DNA from: Octopus bimaculoides
Lineage: Eukaryota
Assembly: GCF_001194135.2 (NCBI RefSeq)
Contig: NC_068991.1
Span: forward strand, 64,362,716 to 64,406,681
Reading direction: 5' to 3'
Length of the DNA: 43,966 bases
Each line of letters opens with the position of its first letter. Position 1 is the stretch's first letter. Under the pieces are notes generated by a model. That model did no database searches, was not told the DNA's origin, and worked only from the letters and a program-made list of their open reading frames with translations. The position numbers and the translations under genes were made by a program. Shown piece by piece: positions 11,420 to 23,580 of the stretch.

Positions 11420-11744
11420 TAATGAAGATGAAGGCGGGTAAAGACCTTTACGGCCATGAGTCATCATTGGTTTGAGCCTAGAAAGTTCCCCTCCGAGGCA
11501 CAAGTCCGAGCAAGGGTTTTTATGAAAGCGAAGCAGTCGCTCATCTCCACGCCACTGATGTTATCCAAGGGAAAGGCAAAGATCAATACAACTTAGCACC
11601 AGTGATTCATTTCTACCGCTGAGGGAACTGGAGCAACGTGAAATATAGAATCTTGCTCAAGAACACAACACACAACCCTGTCCGGGAATCGAACTCACTA
11701 CCTCTAACCATTGACGCTCTAACCACTGAGCCATGCGCCTTCAC
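11420..11744 (-). mobile_element. tRNA-headed SINE type D
   Basis: Head GGCGCATGGCTCAGTGGTTAGAGCG with A box TGGCTCAGTGG and B box GAGTTCGATTCCC, then TGTGTTCTTGAGCAAGA central domain. 3' boundary is approximate. Confidence 0.75.
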
Positions 11745-13972
11745 ATTGACGAAGAAGGAAGTGGATACGTAAATCATTTTAAACGATAGTGGAATCGGTG
11801 AAATCACAAAATTATCTTGCGGTATTTGGAACCGTAGCCGTTGCCTCCCCACATACTCAATAAACTTTGCATTTCCTACTGTAAAATGTTGCTAAATTAT
11901 CAAACTAAATATGGAGTCAATATAATCCCTGCAGGTTGTGGCCATGAATGGTAAAATTTGAATGTATTTAAGCATGCTGAACATGTCCTACCACATGTGT
12001 GCATTTTCTTCCGACGCTCAGCATCGACCTCTACAACGGAGGTGACAATGAGCCAAAGGTCATGCCATTGTCAACAGATACGAAAATTAACTTCATTTAA
12101 CCATTTATTGGAGCATCAGCTTCTCAGTGCGTGTGAAGTACACCAGTTCTATCTGCTTTCTCACTTCGTCCTTTGTCATAAAAAACACGCATACAAAGAC
12201 ATATATCCTACTTCAATCAATTGAAGAATGACTTACTTTCTTTCGCGATCTTTTGTCGATAAAATCACATAGCAAAAAGATATAGTCTTAGCTGACTCAT
12301 GTTTAAAATTCTGTCTGTACGCCAACGCCCGCAAACGACAAGCAGCAGCTGTTGCATTTGTTTTCAAAAGTTCGCAGTTTCACACTCGTGCAGGTTAAAG
12401 TGTTAATATTTATGCTTCGATGCATATCTTTCTGTGCTGCAGACATTTTCTGTTGAACTTTTTTTTTTTTTTAAATTAGTGATAGGATTATAAAATTTTC
12501 AAAAATTGGAAACAGATTCGTTATTTCCACGTTTGTAGTTAGAACCTCTTACCGTTCCTCCAGAAGATACCAAATTAAGTTGTGAATAAAAGAAATGTTT
12601 ACAAAAATATAAAATATTGAAACTGTTCAAGAACAAATGTTATCCTTTCCACCCTAAGTAAATTGGGTAGACGTTCAAACATTCTAAAGTCCTTTGTTGC
12701 AAAACTGAGAAGAAAAAATAAAACTCGCTCTCTATCAAATTTAACAATTCTTTCCCAAAGCCATATTACACACGCCCGTTCATCGCAAAAACACAGCCTA
12801 CAAAAACAAATACAACAAGAACAACAACAGCAAGAATAATGATAATAATAAAAAAGAAAGAGGGTAGCTATAATTTTTGTTATGATTCACTTCTTTGTCT
12901 CTGAAGTGTAACATATCTCCCGAACAGTTTGAAGTTTAGGTCAAACGTCCTCTGGAAAAACAAAATAAATATAATAACGTCATATAATCTAAATGGGAGA
13001 AATAGCCGGCGGATCCGTTACACAGAAACCCTACATAACAGAGTTATTTGAAATAAAAGGGAAGTGTCGAAAGCACTTTAGAATGCTAGAATGCTTTTAG
13101 GAAGTTAATGCATTATTGATTTGAGATTAACACCCATCATTTGATTACTATAAATCTAATATTCAGCATATTGTTCAACATCAATTATTTTCCTAACTAG
13201 AAGCTTCAGTTCTGCTGTTTTCGTTATTACATTTTTGTTTCGTTTATTTGTCACTCTTTGAATTCAAAGTTATTTTGTTCAATGTTTGTGTCTGTTTGCC
13301 TTTCTTTCATTTTTTTTTTTACCATGAATACTAGTGTTTGCTTGTTAATAATGAACAACGAACTACCAAGTTCTTGCTTGAAATTCGGAAGTCTTGCTAA
13401 GTAGGCTTTATCACAACACACTTTAAAGCTCGATGGCTATCTCGTTGAGAAACAAAGGTGCTGGAAGAATAAATGAGAATTTACTTTGTACTACTACAGG
13501 AGTTATAAACAAACACATGCTAGCAAAAATCCGCAACCTATAATTGTGTCACTAAAACCAAAAGAATCTTTATAACCATATCCATGTATATTATTTACCC
13601 CTTCCCTTTTCCTTATAAGGAAAAGCCTGGTGCCCTCGTAAGCTTTAAATCATTAGGTCTGATAAGATGAAACAAAAAAAACAAATAAAATCAGTGACAG
13701 TTAAAATTCTGATTAGAATTAATTACTAGCCTGTTTGGTCTAGCTAAATCAAAATGGTTTTTATTCTTCCTTCCCACTTGGATTGTTTAAATTTAGTTAT
13801 AATAATATGTCCTGCTACTGAAATGAAATTTCAGTAAATTTTCTGTATCTTTGTGCAGCTGAAGATTGCTCTGCATTTTACATTGAATGTAATGCTCACG
13901 TTGCTTAAATAAATGGAGTCACATGAAACGGTCGTACTGCATTAATCTTCAATATCGTTGTTGCTTATTTTG

Positions 13973-13975
<3 letters not shown>

Positions 13976-14035
<60 letters not shown>

Positions 14036-14036
14036 A
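13976..14036. repeat. (TA)n microsatellite
   Basis: Direct reading. Confidence 0.98.
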
Positions 14037-14521
14037 TAAGTCACTCTCTTATCATACTTTTTTGTTAGAAAATGTGTAAATGTGTCTTTTTTTGTTACAC
14101 GCACACACGCCTTCTCTTCTTTGAGATGGGGTAAAAATTTAAATTACAATTTTTGTTGTTGTTGTTGTTGCTGTTTATATGAATAATCACAGACGATAGA
14201 TAATTGTCAGCTCATTACAAATATTTCTTACACATTTTTTAATAGAAGTATGAGAAGATGAGTTCATTACAAAAACCGTAATCATCAAATGAAACGTAAT
14301 TTTAGAAACGAAAGAATATCCCAAGAATACAGCACGGATGTGGCTGAAGTCTGCGGAAACTAATTACGTAAAATTACGTTTCATCTGATGATTGCGATTT
14401 TTTGTAATGGAGTAATGTGTTCATTCTTCTGTTAAAAAATGCGTAAGAAACAGCTGTAATGAATGACAGTTAACCATCGTTTGTTATTATTCATTTCATT
14501 ATAATACACCAAGGGTTTTTA

Positions 14522-14695
14522 GGACTTGTCGAACACGGTGTGTTTACGCCCATGACTTGGCGTTTCGGCAAAAGAGTCCAATAAAATAGGTGCCACTCTT
14601 AAAAGAATGTATTGAGGTCGATTCATTCAATTAAAAAGTCTTGAAGGTAGTGCCCCAGCATGGCCGCAGTCTAATGACACACAAATAAAACGTAA
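14522..14695 (+). mobile_element. SINE type B, 3' part
   Basis: GGTGTGTTTACG..TTCGGCAAAAGAG..GGTCGATT..GTGCCCCAGCATGGCCGCAGTCTAATGAC. Confidence 0.8.
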
Positions 14696-14699
14696 AAGC

Positions 14700-16050
14700 A
14701 GTTCGTTACGTTGATTTGGAGATAGAAGTGGCAGGGACAGAAGGCACAGAAACGAACGTGTTTATACGCAACGTGAGTAAGACTATCCCAACGAGGTGTT
14801 GAGAAACATGTCAAATTTATTCTGCAACAACTACAGGAGTTGGATAAAGAAGGGAGGAAACAGGACAGAACAAGAGGACACACAGGGGGTCTGAGACTCG
14901 AAACGAATGATCAACAATATGATTCATGATGTCACATGGTTAGAAATTAATGATACTATACCGAATAATTTAACAATACGGGTGTGGAATGGATTACGAC
15001 CCCACCAACCACACCCCTACGCTGAACCGTTTAATTAACCTTTTACATTTTCGATCAACCAGGCCCTTTTACTGCCAGCATTCGACTCACTTTCCTCCAT
15101 CTTTTGAAATATTTGCTAGATGGCAGACACCTCCTCTCCAGCCGAACTTTCATTCTTAGATGGAAAATAAAGAAATATACTGAAGCACGGCCGCAGATGA
15201 AGGTGCCTGTCATAATACCTTTCACGCGCGTCTTCCATACCACCTCTTTCGCTATAACCATTGCGGCTCGAAAACAATTCTCTTCTTTATTTAGAGAAGG
15301 TGGCGGAACGATCTTGATGATCGACTCGCTTGACTTTTGTACCCTTCCTAGTTGTGACAGCAGTTGCTCGACATAACCCCACAGTTCCGAGAGACTTGGA
15401 CACTCCACGAATGCGTGCAGAACATTTTCATTGTTCTGCTCGCATCGTGGACAGGTAGGTGGAACCGGAGCACTGTGCCTGGAGAATTTATCACGAACTG
15501 ACAAAGCCCCTCGGAAACACTGCCAAGCCAGGGACCTTTGAAAGTTGTCCATACTCCCCGGACCAAATTTCCTCCGGTACAACCTGGCAAGTTGATTGTG
15601 ATCAACTAGAGTTCCCCCAGACCGTCGTCATATTTGGCATCTACCAACCCTCTACAGAAAACCGAGATGGAACCCCCGCTGCTGGCGTTACTCGTGCGGG
15701 AGACAGGCACGAGCGCCTGTCGGCACTCTACTTGCCAAGCTCCAAGCTTTGTTCTACGCTTGATCCACGGTTCCAGTTTACCGAAAGAAGTGAACCTGGG
15801 AAGCATCAGTTTAATGAACGGAGACCACACCCGCTCACCTTCCATGTATAGCCAGAGATGCCTCAATCTCAGAGCATGCCTGCACATTTTTGTCCACGGC
15901 ATTCCTAACCCACCCTTTAGCAGTTGTTGGCAGCTGATAGAGCGCCTTACAAGTGGTCCTCTGCCCTTTCACAAGAAGCGGAAGGGCATTAGTTCCAACT
16001 TTTTCAGCATGACGGTCAGGCGGTATGTGATTACAGATGAGACAGAGAAA
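14700..16050 (-). mobile_element. 5'-truncated L1/Tx1-like LINE: end of ORF2 plus 3' UTR
   Basis: ORF2 relic (next feature), pyrimidine-rich 3' UTR with AATAAA near 14817-14822. Boundaries approximate, no TSD seen. Confidence 0.8.
15055..16045 (-). pseudogene. LINE ORF2 C-terminal relic (RT thumb region to zf-RVT-type zinc knuckle)
   Basis: FRFL*KGRGPLVRRSI..KGGLGMPW (FLWKG..GGLG motif of L1/Tx1) continues into ORF 15606-15902. After a frameshift ORF 15055-15582 carries AWQCFRGALSVRDK..CPRC..ENVLHAFVEC..LW. Confidence 0.88.
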
Positions 16051-17549
16051 CAAGTCAACTCAACTCAAATTCTTTATAAATACCTCCAGACACACACAGC
16101 CACACGTGCAAATACTGGTACATACATGCACATATATTTACATATATTTATTTATGTATGTATGTATGTATGTATATTCGTAAATGTGTGTGTGAGAGAA
16201 TGTGTGTCTACATATAGTGGGTGAAAAATGCTTGCATTAGCGTGAAATCAGATAGTCATGAAGAAGAGTTTAGATAAATAGGATTCATGAACACCAACTT
16301 CATCAGCGTGAAGTAGTCCAGAGTTAGAAACATTCGCTAGAAGAACGGCAGCCATTCGTAAATCAAAGACGAATGACTAACAAGCAGGTACAGGTGTAAA
16401 GATTGTATTTATATTAAAATTTGTATGTCGTTCAATGTACGCAAGTTTGCACTTTACAGCTGTTTCAAATTATCAGTGAGTGGTTGATATAGCAAGGAGC
16501 TGTGATACTGAGGTAATATTATTCACATGCATGGGAGCAAAGATAGTATTAGCTAGCACGAATCTTGATAGCTGACTTCCTTCGTCCTAGAGAAAACTGA
16601 TACTTTAATATCAATGATGAAGAAATAGAAATGCAGTGACTAACGTGGTAATTTTCAACTAACATTTAGTAATATTAGACATTTAATTATCTTTGTATCA
16701 TACCCTTGTTTTGCCTTTTATACTTCTTGAGTATTAGCATGCATATATATGAGTCTACATCTCCCCTAAGGTAGTTTGTTATTTTTGCGATAGTTTTCCT
16801 TCGACGCCAGAGTCATTATAATTTGGCGCCATACGGTTTTCACCGAGACGAATACATTTTCAAATGTTTATGAATGTAAAAATTTAGGTGTGAAAATTCT
16901 TCTCAACAAACTATGAAATTGAAATTTAATGACCTCAGTAGCTCTCGCTTCTTTCTTTATGCCATACCATTCGTAATTTAGTTGTACTTGTGACAGGTGT
17001 GTTCAAGTTAAAGTCCTTCAAGCAAATTATACAAATAATGGATGAACTTGCAAACTGAGGTCAAATTCGAGTATAACTAAACAAAATCTTGAGGGAATGA
17101 GTCACGGTGATTAGGTTGGTGCAGCGAAATAACACAATAGTTGTTCTTTGTTTCGTTTTCTAAGTAACAAAGCCAAACAAGTATCAAATTTTAACTAAAA
17201 TATTATGTATCAATTAGTACAGAAGAGTTTCAGTTGGGTGACTCAAGATTATTGCATAAGTCTTAAAATTGAACATATTAAATTGACATTACTGATGTAA
17301 AAGATTGAAAGTTAATATTTAGAAATTGGCAGAGGTACCTATGTCATTGCGAGCAAACATTGACAACTTCTCGACTGAACCAAGAAGTGCAAGCTGTGGC
17401 GAGAAAGCAGTGAATCAGCACGTGTTTCTGTGTTATTCATTAAGGGCACGAAGCTCTATCCTGTGAAGCAACCGAGCCTGCGATTTTATGATCCTAACAT
17501 CTTAACCCCTAAACCAAGCACAAACACACACTAAGCACACACACTAATA

Positions 17550-17663
17550 TACAAGACTTTGGTCGGCCCGAGGCTACAGTAGAAGACACTTACCCAAGGT
17601 GCCACGCAGTGGGACTGAACCCGGAACCATGTGGCTGGTAAGCAAGCTACTCACCACACAGCC
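17550..17663 (-). mobile_element. SINE type B, 5' part
   Basis: GGCTGTGTGGTGAGTAGCTTGCTTACCAGCCACATGGTTCCGGGTTCAGTCCCACTGCGTGGCACCTTGGGTAAGTGTC. Confidence 0.88.
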
Positions 17664-17673
17664 CTTTCTGAGG

Positions 17674-17779
17674 NNNNNNNNNNNNNNNNNNNNNNNNNNN
17701 NNNNNNNNNNNNNNNNNNNNNNNNNNNNNNNNNNNNNNNNNNNNNNNNNNNNNNNNNNNNNNNNNNNNNNNNNNNNNNN
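17674..17779. other. Assembly gap
   Basis: N run; the only gap not directly abutting a microsatellite. Confidence 0.99.
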
Positions 17780-17898
17780 CATACATTTTTATATCTAAGT
17801 ATAATGCCAGACCTCGAAAACTAAGTTATTAAAAACTGAATATCTCAAATAATTTCAAGCAATTCAATGATGATGAAGTGCTCTAACTTGAGATATGA

Positions 17899-19221
17899 CA
17901 CTGGTCAACAAAATAAAACTTATTTTCTTGCATAAAATCTTAGAGTTGTTTTAGACTAATTTTGAGATACTGATTCCAAAACTGATCTCAGATTTGCTCT
18001 ATCACATCACATGTTTGTGCTATCGGAATATATCTTTATTTACCTGGGGCATACCAAAGTTTAACTTTATTTTGCGGGAATTTTGGCTGGATTGTCATGC
18101 TAATTTTGAACATGTTCAAGCTGAGTTTTGCTTTAAAGCCCTTCCCTCATTTACAGGTGTGAACTGAACCATTGTTGATCTAGTTATGTATACAACATCA
18201 AAAAGAAGGACGTGCTCTAATGACCCCGATATCTTCAGTATGTCTGGAAACTTCACTCTAAAGGCTCAAAGATGCAAACTATAAAGTAACACTTGGAGAC
18301 TAGGACAAAACCTGGGCTCCCCACAATGTTTGCCAAATCTTTATTGAAACTTGGTGTAATGAAGCAGTTCATCAAAGTTCTTGATCACAGTGAAGACGTC
18401 TTCAGATATATATGTACAGCATTTCCAAGTCTCAGTGATGAGAAGACGGCAGGAATATTTGATGGACCTCAAATAAGAACAGTCCTCAGGGATCCACATT
18501 TTGTTACAACAATGAGTGCGGTTGAAGCTAGAGCTTGGAATGCCTTCTCTGATTTGGTTCGGAATTTCCTTGCGCACAAGAAAGCTGGCAGCTATCAAGA
18601 AATTGTCGAGGAGCTGCTCTTGATTTTGCAGGTGCTTAGATGTAGAATGAGCATTAAGTTGTACTACTTACACAGTCACCTGGGTGAATTTCCAGAAAAC
18701 CTGGGTGATGTCAGCGAAGAACAAAGTGAACACTTTCATCAAGATGTAAAAGGTATGGAAGAATGCTACTAAGGCCGATGGAACTCGAATATGATAGCAG
18801 ACAACTGCAACAGCTTGATGAGAGATACTCCAAAGGCTGTGTACAATAGACCATAAAAAGAGGAAGTTCTTGCACGAATAAGATGATCTGAATGAACGGC
18901 AACAATGAATAGAGATTTTATATTCATATTTGGTTATCACCAAGCTTAATTCTTACATGTTAATAAGCATTTACTCCCACAAATTTGTGTTTTGATTTAT
19001 TAGATTACAAAAAGACATTTCCTATTAAAAATTGCATTTTCGTATGTTTTAATACTTCCTTTATGATCCTTAAATAGCTGGTTCTAGCAAAATTAAAAGA
19101 TTTTATATCTCAAAAAAGTCTTATGTGAGAGACAAAATCTGGCACCAGATTTAGGTTCAGCTCCCCCAAATTAGCTAAAAGCCATTGATAAACCTTCTGC
19201 CAGAAAATATGTTGACCAGTG
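17899..19221 (+). mobile_element. Chapaev3 (CMC superfamily)-type DNA transposon, internally deleted, both ends present
   Basis: Perfect 12-bp TIR CACTGGTCAACA (17899-17910, 19210-19221), ~90 bp of diverged subterminal inverted similarity, 3-bp flanks TGA/TTA, transposase relic inside. Confidence 0.8.
18186..18885 (+). pseudogene. Chapaev3-type transposase relic
   Basis: N-terminal RRTCSNDPDIF..GNFTLKAQR and LGD*DKTWAPHNVC joined to C-terminal KLGVMKQFIKVLD..GIFDGPQIR..HSHLGEFPENLGDVSEEQSEHFHQDV..Y*GRWNSNMIADNC. Family recognised from recalled motifs, no database search. Confidence 0.8.
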
Positions 19222-19378
19222 TTATTGTTGCGAGTTAATGTCTGAGGAATATATTAACAAGTATAAAATGAAAGCATGTTATCATACATTTTGTTGTCGT
19301 ATATATGTTACCTTCCTCAGTCTCTTAAATAATTTTCTTGTAACATGATGCAGACGGGCGTCTCCAATATAATGAAAT

Positions 19379-19382
<4 letters not shown>

Positions 19383-19422
<40 letters not shown>
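19383..19422. repeat. (CT)n microsatellite
   Basis: Direct reading. Confidence 0.97.
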
Positions 19423-19423
<1 letters not shown>

Positions 19424-19669
19424 TTGCTTATACTTATTAGAAGAATATTTTTCATATATATGTCCATATATATGTGTAGGCCAGAGTAAGATTTGTTTGA
19501 GAAAATGACTTAGTTTCCTATGCATGAAATTTTCCCTCCCCTCGCCACTGAATTTTATTCGTGAAAAAATCCCACCCAATTGACTTGATGCAGTTTAGTG
19601 CCATTGTCGTTGCCGACACAATGCCAAGAGATATTAGCATCTCACCCTACTTTCTAACAACTCAATCAT

Positions 19670-19983
19670 TTCACCGCCCTGTGTTCGTACACTTTCTATC
19701 AACTCCGAAGGAATGAAAAGCGATGTCGACTTTGGTGGAATTTGAACTTAGAACGTAAAACTGGAATAACTGTGGTAAAACACTTTGTTCGGCGTGATAA
19801 CGATCCGACCTTCAAGCAACTCCGTCAATCAACCGCCCTGAGTTCGTATATTTTATATCGATCTCGAAGGGATGAAAAGCAAAGTTGACTTCAATGGCAT
19901 TTGAACTCAGGTCGTAAAACCGAAACAACTGTTGCCAAACAATTTCTCTGGTGTACTAACGATTCTGCTAGTTCGTTGCCTTA
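19670..19983 (-). mobile_element. Two tandem, old type A SINE fragments
   Basis: CGAAGG(A/G)ATGAAAAGC..GTCGAC/GTTGAC..ATTTGAACT twice, each preceded by ACCGCCCTG(T/A)GTTCGTA. Confidence 0.65.
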
Positions 19984-20754
19984 AATCGGAACACCTAACG
20001 TAAGGCATTCTAACCCAAAGTCTTTCTAACGGAGCATTATCAAAACAAAACAATTTATTCCAACTTAACTATATTAATTTTTCCAAGTATTACAGCTGCA
20101 GACATCTAAACTCATGTCATATTAACTAACCTATATTAGGTATATTATTAGGTGTTGTTTCTATGTCTGCTATGGTAGACGATATCAGGTTTCCTCAAAT
20201 ATTAATATCTTTTGTTTCCTTTTTCTGGAATCTTCTTCCATTTATTTCAATAATATCTCCTCTCTAACTGAATAGATCAACAGTAGCTCAAAGACGGTGA
20301 AACATCAATAAGTTTATAAGAATTCATAAACTGGTTTGCTCGAAAAGCTCACAAGTTCTCCAAGACACCATTATTACTCTAGTATAACATTCTTAAAGTC
20401 TACATCGATATCGATATATTTGTTTTGATAATGTGATGTAATTTTTTCATTACAGTTATTGTTAAAGAAACGGTCTGGTTTCTGTTGGTGAGACACAGCA
20501 CTTTCCTGCTTTCCCATGTTAAGAGATTTATAGAGACTTTTAATGGGGAATAGTCGTTCAAAGATGAGTCATGCTTGCTGACCCAAATCCAACCAGGATG
20601 AATTCAATATTATTTAAATGTCTAGTTTTGTAATAACTTTCTATATTTATACAAGCTACGTAATTATCTAATTCCGAATATATTTAAGAATAGCTTTGCA
20701 TACACACACACATATGTGTGTGTATGGGCGTAGATAAGCATTATTGAATGTTTG

Positions 20755-21100
20755 AAGTCCCTCCCTATCTCTTTCCTTCATTCTATCTCTCTCTCTCACG
20801 TTGTCCTTTTTTTTTTTGTCTTTGTCTCACACTTCTCCCAAATCTCTTTTTCTTTTATCCACTCCTTCCTCTTCTTTCTATGCTAGCCACACATCCGTTT
20901 CATTCCCGCGTACTTTTCTTCCCTTCACCTCACTCTCTTTCAACTTGATATTCTCTCTTTATACTTCGAGTTTTTCGACCTCCCGTCTTGCCAATCTCAT
21001 ATCTTCTTTCACCCTCCCGTTCTGTCTCTCTCTCCCTCTTTGCCGTCACCCTCCCCAACTCCCCTGTCTTCTCTATTTGATTACACTCCTCTTCACTCAG
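20755..21100 (+). repeat. Low-complexity polypyrimidine/polypurine tract
   Basis: Strong C/T skew over ~350 bp. Confidence 0.85.
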
Positions 21101-21315
21101 TAATATTACCTTTTATAGAAGAAAGTTGATCACATGTACACCTTTGTGGCTTCACCTACTTATGAACATCTGTACTAAATATACTACTTACGTCTCTTTT
21201 TTCTTTTTCTAAGTGGCAGTCCTCTGAAGACGTCATTTTTCTGTCGCGTCCTCCCTGACCTACTTTTATGTCTATGTAACAATATCGAGATTCCTTTAGA
21301 AAATTGTACATATCG

Positions 21316-21316
<1 letters not shown>

Positions 21317-21364
<48 letters not shown>

Positions 21365-21593
21365 TGTATGCGTGGATGTGTGTGTGTATATATATATATA
21401 TATNNNNNNNNNNNNNNNNNNNNNNNNNNNNNNNNNNNNNNNNNNNNNNNNNNNNNNNNNNNNNNNNNNNNNNNNNNNNNNNNNNNNNNNNNNNNNNNNN
21501 NNNNNNNNNNNNNNNNNNNNNNNNNNNNNNNNNNNNNNNNNNNNNNNNNNNNNNNNNNNNNNNNNNNNNNNNNNNNNNNNNNNNNNNNNNNNN

Positions 21594-21653
<60 letters not shown>

Positions 21654-21705
21654 GCACACATACATACATATATATGCATACATACATGCGCGCACGCACA
21701 CATAC
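21317..21705. repeat. (TG)n-(TA)n-gap(21404-21593)-(CA)n
   Basis: Direct reading; (TG)n and (CA)n are complementary across the gap. Confidence 0.95.
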
Positions 21706-22289
21706 CTATATGAAGGAGAGGTGTGTGCGAGTGTATGTTCGTGTGTGTGCGTGTACACGTCAGGTCACCTATGATTGCTACAGGTTCCGCGTATTTCAGT
21801 ACAACCTGTTGCATGTTTGTGTCGCCAGTGACTAAACCGGCATAGCTACTAAGCCAACTTGGTGAGAAGGAAGAGGCTTTGTCACCCTGTGGTGGGTGGG
21901 AGAAGAAAAACATATCAGAGGGCTCAGGAGTGCCAACGGCCATTGAATTTTACACGTTTCTTTTTTTATTATTGGGTTGTTGGATGTGTGTATATGTTGT
22001 ATTTGAATGTGTGAATATGAGGTGCGACCAAAGTCACGCACCAAAACATTTGGCATTTCATTTATATTACCTTATTACTTTGACGATCCGTTTTGTTCTT
22101 CATGTTCATGTTCAAGTACGTGTGCACCTACCGTTGTTTTATATTTTTTATTCAATATGGAAAATAACCGAAGCTTGGCTTTGACAATTCCGGAGCTTAT
22201 TGAAATTATTTTTGTGCGTGACTTTTCGCTCACTCTATCTATCATCATCATCATATATATGTTAAACCGTTGAATCCTTCCTCTCACCA

Positions 22290-22398
22290 TTTTTTTTCTC
22301 GTCCCTTTCTGTCGAAGGGCGTGGGCTCGAAAGGTCACAGACTTTTACATTCTTCCTGAGTATCAAACTAATACACCTGTATTCACTTTTTGCTTTCG

Positions 22399-22400
<2 letters not shown>
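22290..22400 (+). mobile_element. Penelope-like fragment with hammerhead-like motif, abutting (TA)n
   Basis: CCTTTCTGTCGAAGGGCGTGGGCTCGAAAGGTCACAGACTTTT..TCAAACTAATACACCTG is homologous to the minus strand of ~2785-2860. Confidence 0.55.
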
Positions 22401-22430
<30 letters not shown>

Positions 22431-22838
22431 NNNNNNNNNNNNNNNNNNNNNNNNNNNNNNNNNNNNNNNNNNNNNNNNNNNNNNNNNNNNNNNNNNNNNN
22501 NNNNNNNNNNNNNNNNNNNNNNNNNNNNNNNNNNNNNNNNNNNNNNNNNNNNNNNNNNNNNNNNNNNNNNNNNNNNNNNNNNNNNNNNNNNNNNNNNNNN
22601 NNNNNNNNNNNNNNNNNNNNNNNNNNNNNNNNNNNNNNNNNNNNNNNNNNNNNNNNNNNNNNNNNNNNNNNNNNNNNNNNNNNNNNNNNNNNNNNNNNNN
22701 NNNNNNNNNNNNNNNNNNNNNNNNNNNNNNNNNNNNNNNNNNNNNNNNNNNNNNNNNNNNNNNNNNNNNNNNNNNNNNNNNNNNNNNNNNNNNNNNNNNN
22801 NNNNNNNNNNNNNNNNNNNNNNNNNNNNNNNNNNNNNT
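22431..22838. other. Assembly gap in a TA-rich microsatellite
   Basis: N run. Confidence 0.99.
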
Positions 22839-22864
22839 TATGTATGTATCTATGTATATATGCA

Positions 22865-23035
22865 TGTATACGGCGGTATTCTTTCAGTTTTTGTCCACCA
22901 AATTCATACACAGGGATTTGGTCGACCCGGGGCTATGGTAGAAAACACTGGACCCTAAGTGTCACGCAGAGAGATTTTACTGGTAGCTTTGTCGCTGGTA
23001 AACACACATCTTACCACTCAACCACGCCAGCGCCA
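22865..23035 (-). mobile_element. SINE type B, 5' part, degraded
   Basis: GGCGCTGGCGTGGTTGAGTGGTAAG head; TAGCCCCGGGTCGACCAAA..TTTGGTGGACAAAAACTGAAAGAA core. Confidence 0.75.
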
Positions 23036-23479
23036 ATGTATAAATAAATGTGCGTGTGTGTGAGTGAGTGTGTGTGTGTGCGTGTGTGTGTGTGTGAAAA
23101 TTCATATTAGAGAAGGATACTCTTGGAGTATGCCTTGTTTATAGTCTATAGTCATTTGGTACTTTTAAAATCTTTTTCGTCACTACCAGTCTAGCGACTT
23201 CGAAATGTTGCAGAGTGTAACAAGTGTTAAGCAAGTACTTATCGCAATAAAAATTGAGGCGTGAGTAATTTGGCGCCCATTTTAATACTTTTTCTAGTGC
23301 TTATGAAGATTTTAATACATAGCAAACACGGAGGACGCGTCTACCGCCACGGCATTCGGCGTATTGCGCGGGTAGTAAAAATGAAATTAAATGATTGACA
23401 TGGGCGGGTGAAGATACACATTACTTGCTGTGTCATATGGTTGTATCTTTTGATGAAGTGGAGACTATTTGCACAAACA

Positions 23480-23547
23480 CATACACAGACAAATATGTTT
23501 ATATATGTATATGTTTATATATGTTTATATATGTGTATGTAAAGATG

Positions 23548-23580
<33 letters not shown>

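Noticed and set aside
11690-11744. tRNA gene
   Set aside because: A and B boxes are present but there is no complete cloverleaf, and it continues into a SINE body. The same applies to other SINE heads.
11890-12400. piggyBac-like element or exon
   Set aside because: Ends do not form convincing TIRs and no frame gives a recognisable protein.
15104-16224. Plus-strand ORFs overlapping the LINE
   Set aside because: Antisense shadows of the ORF2 relic.
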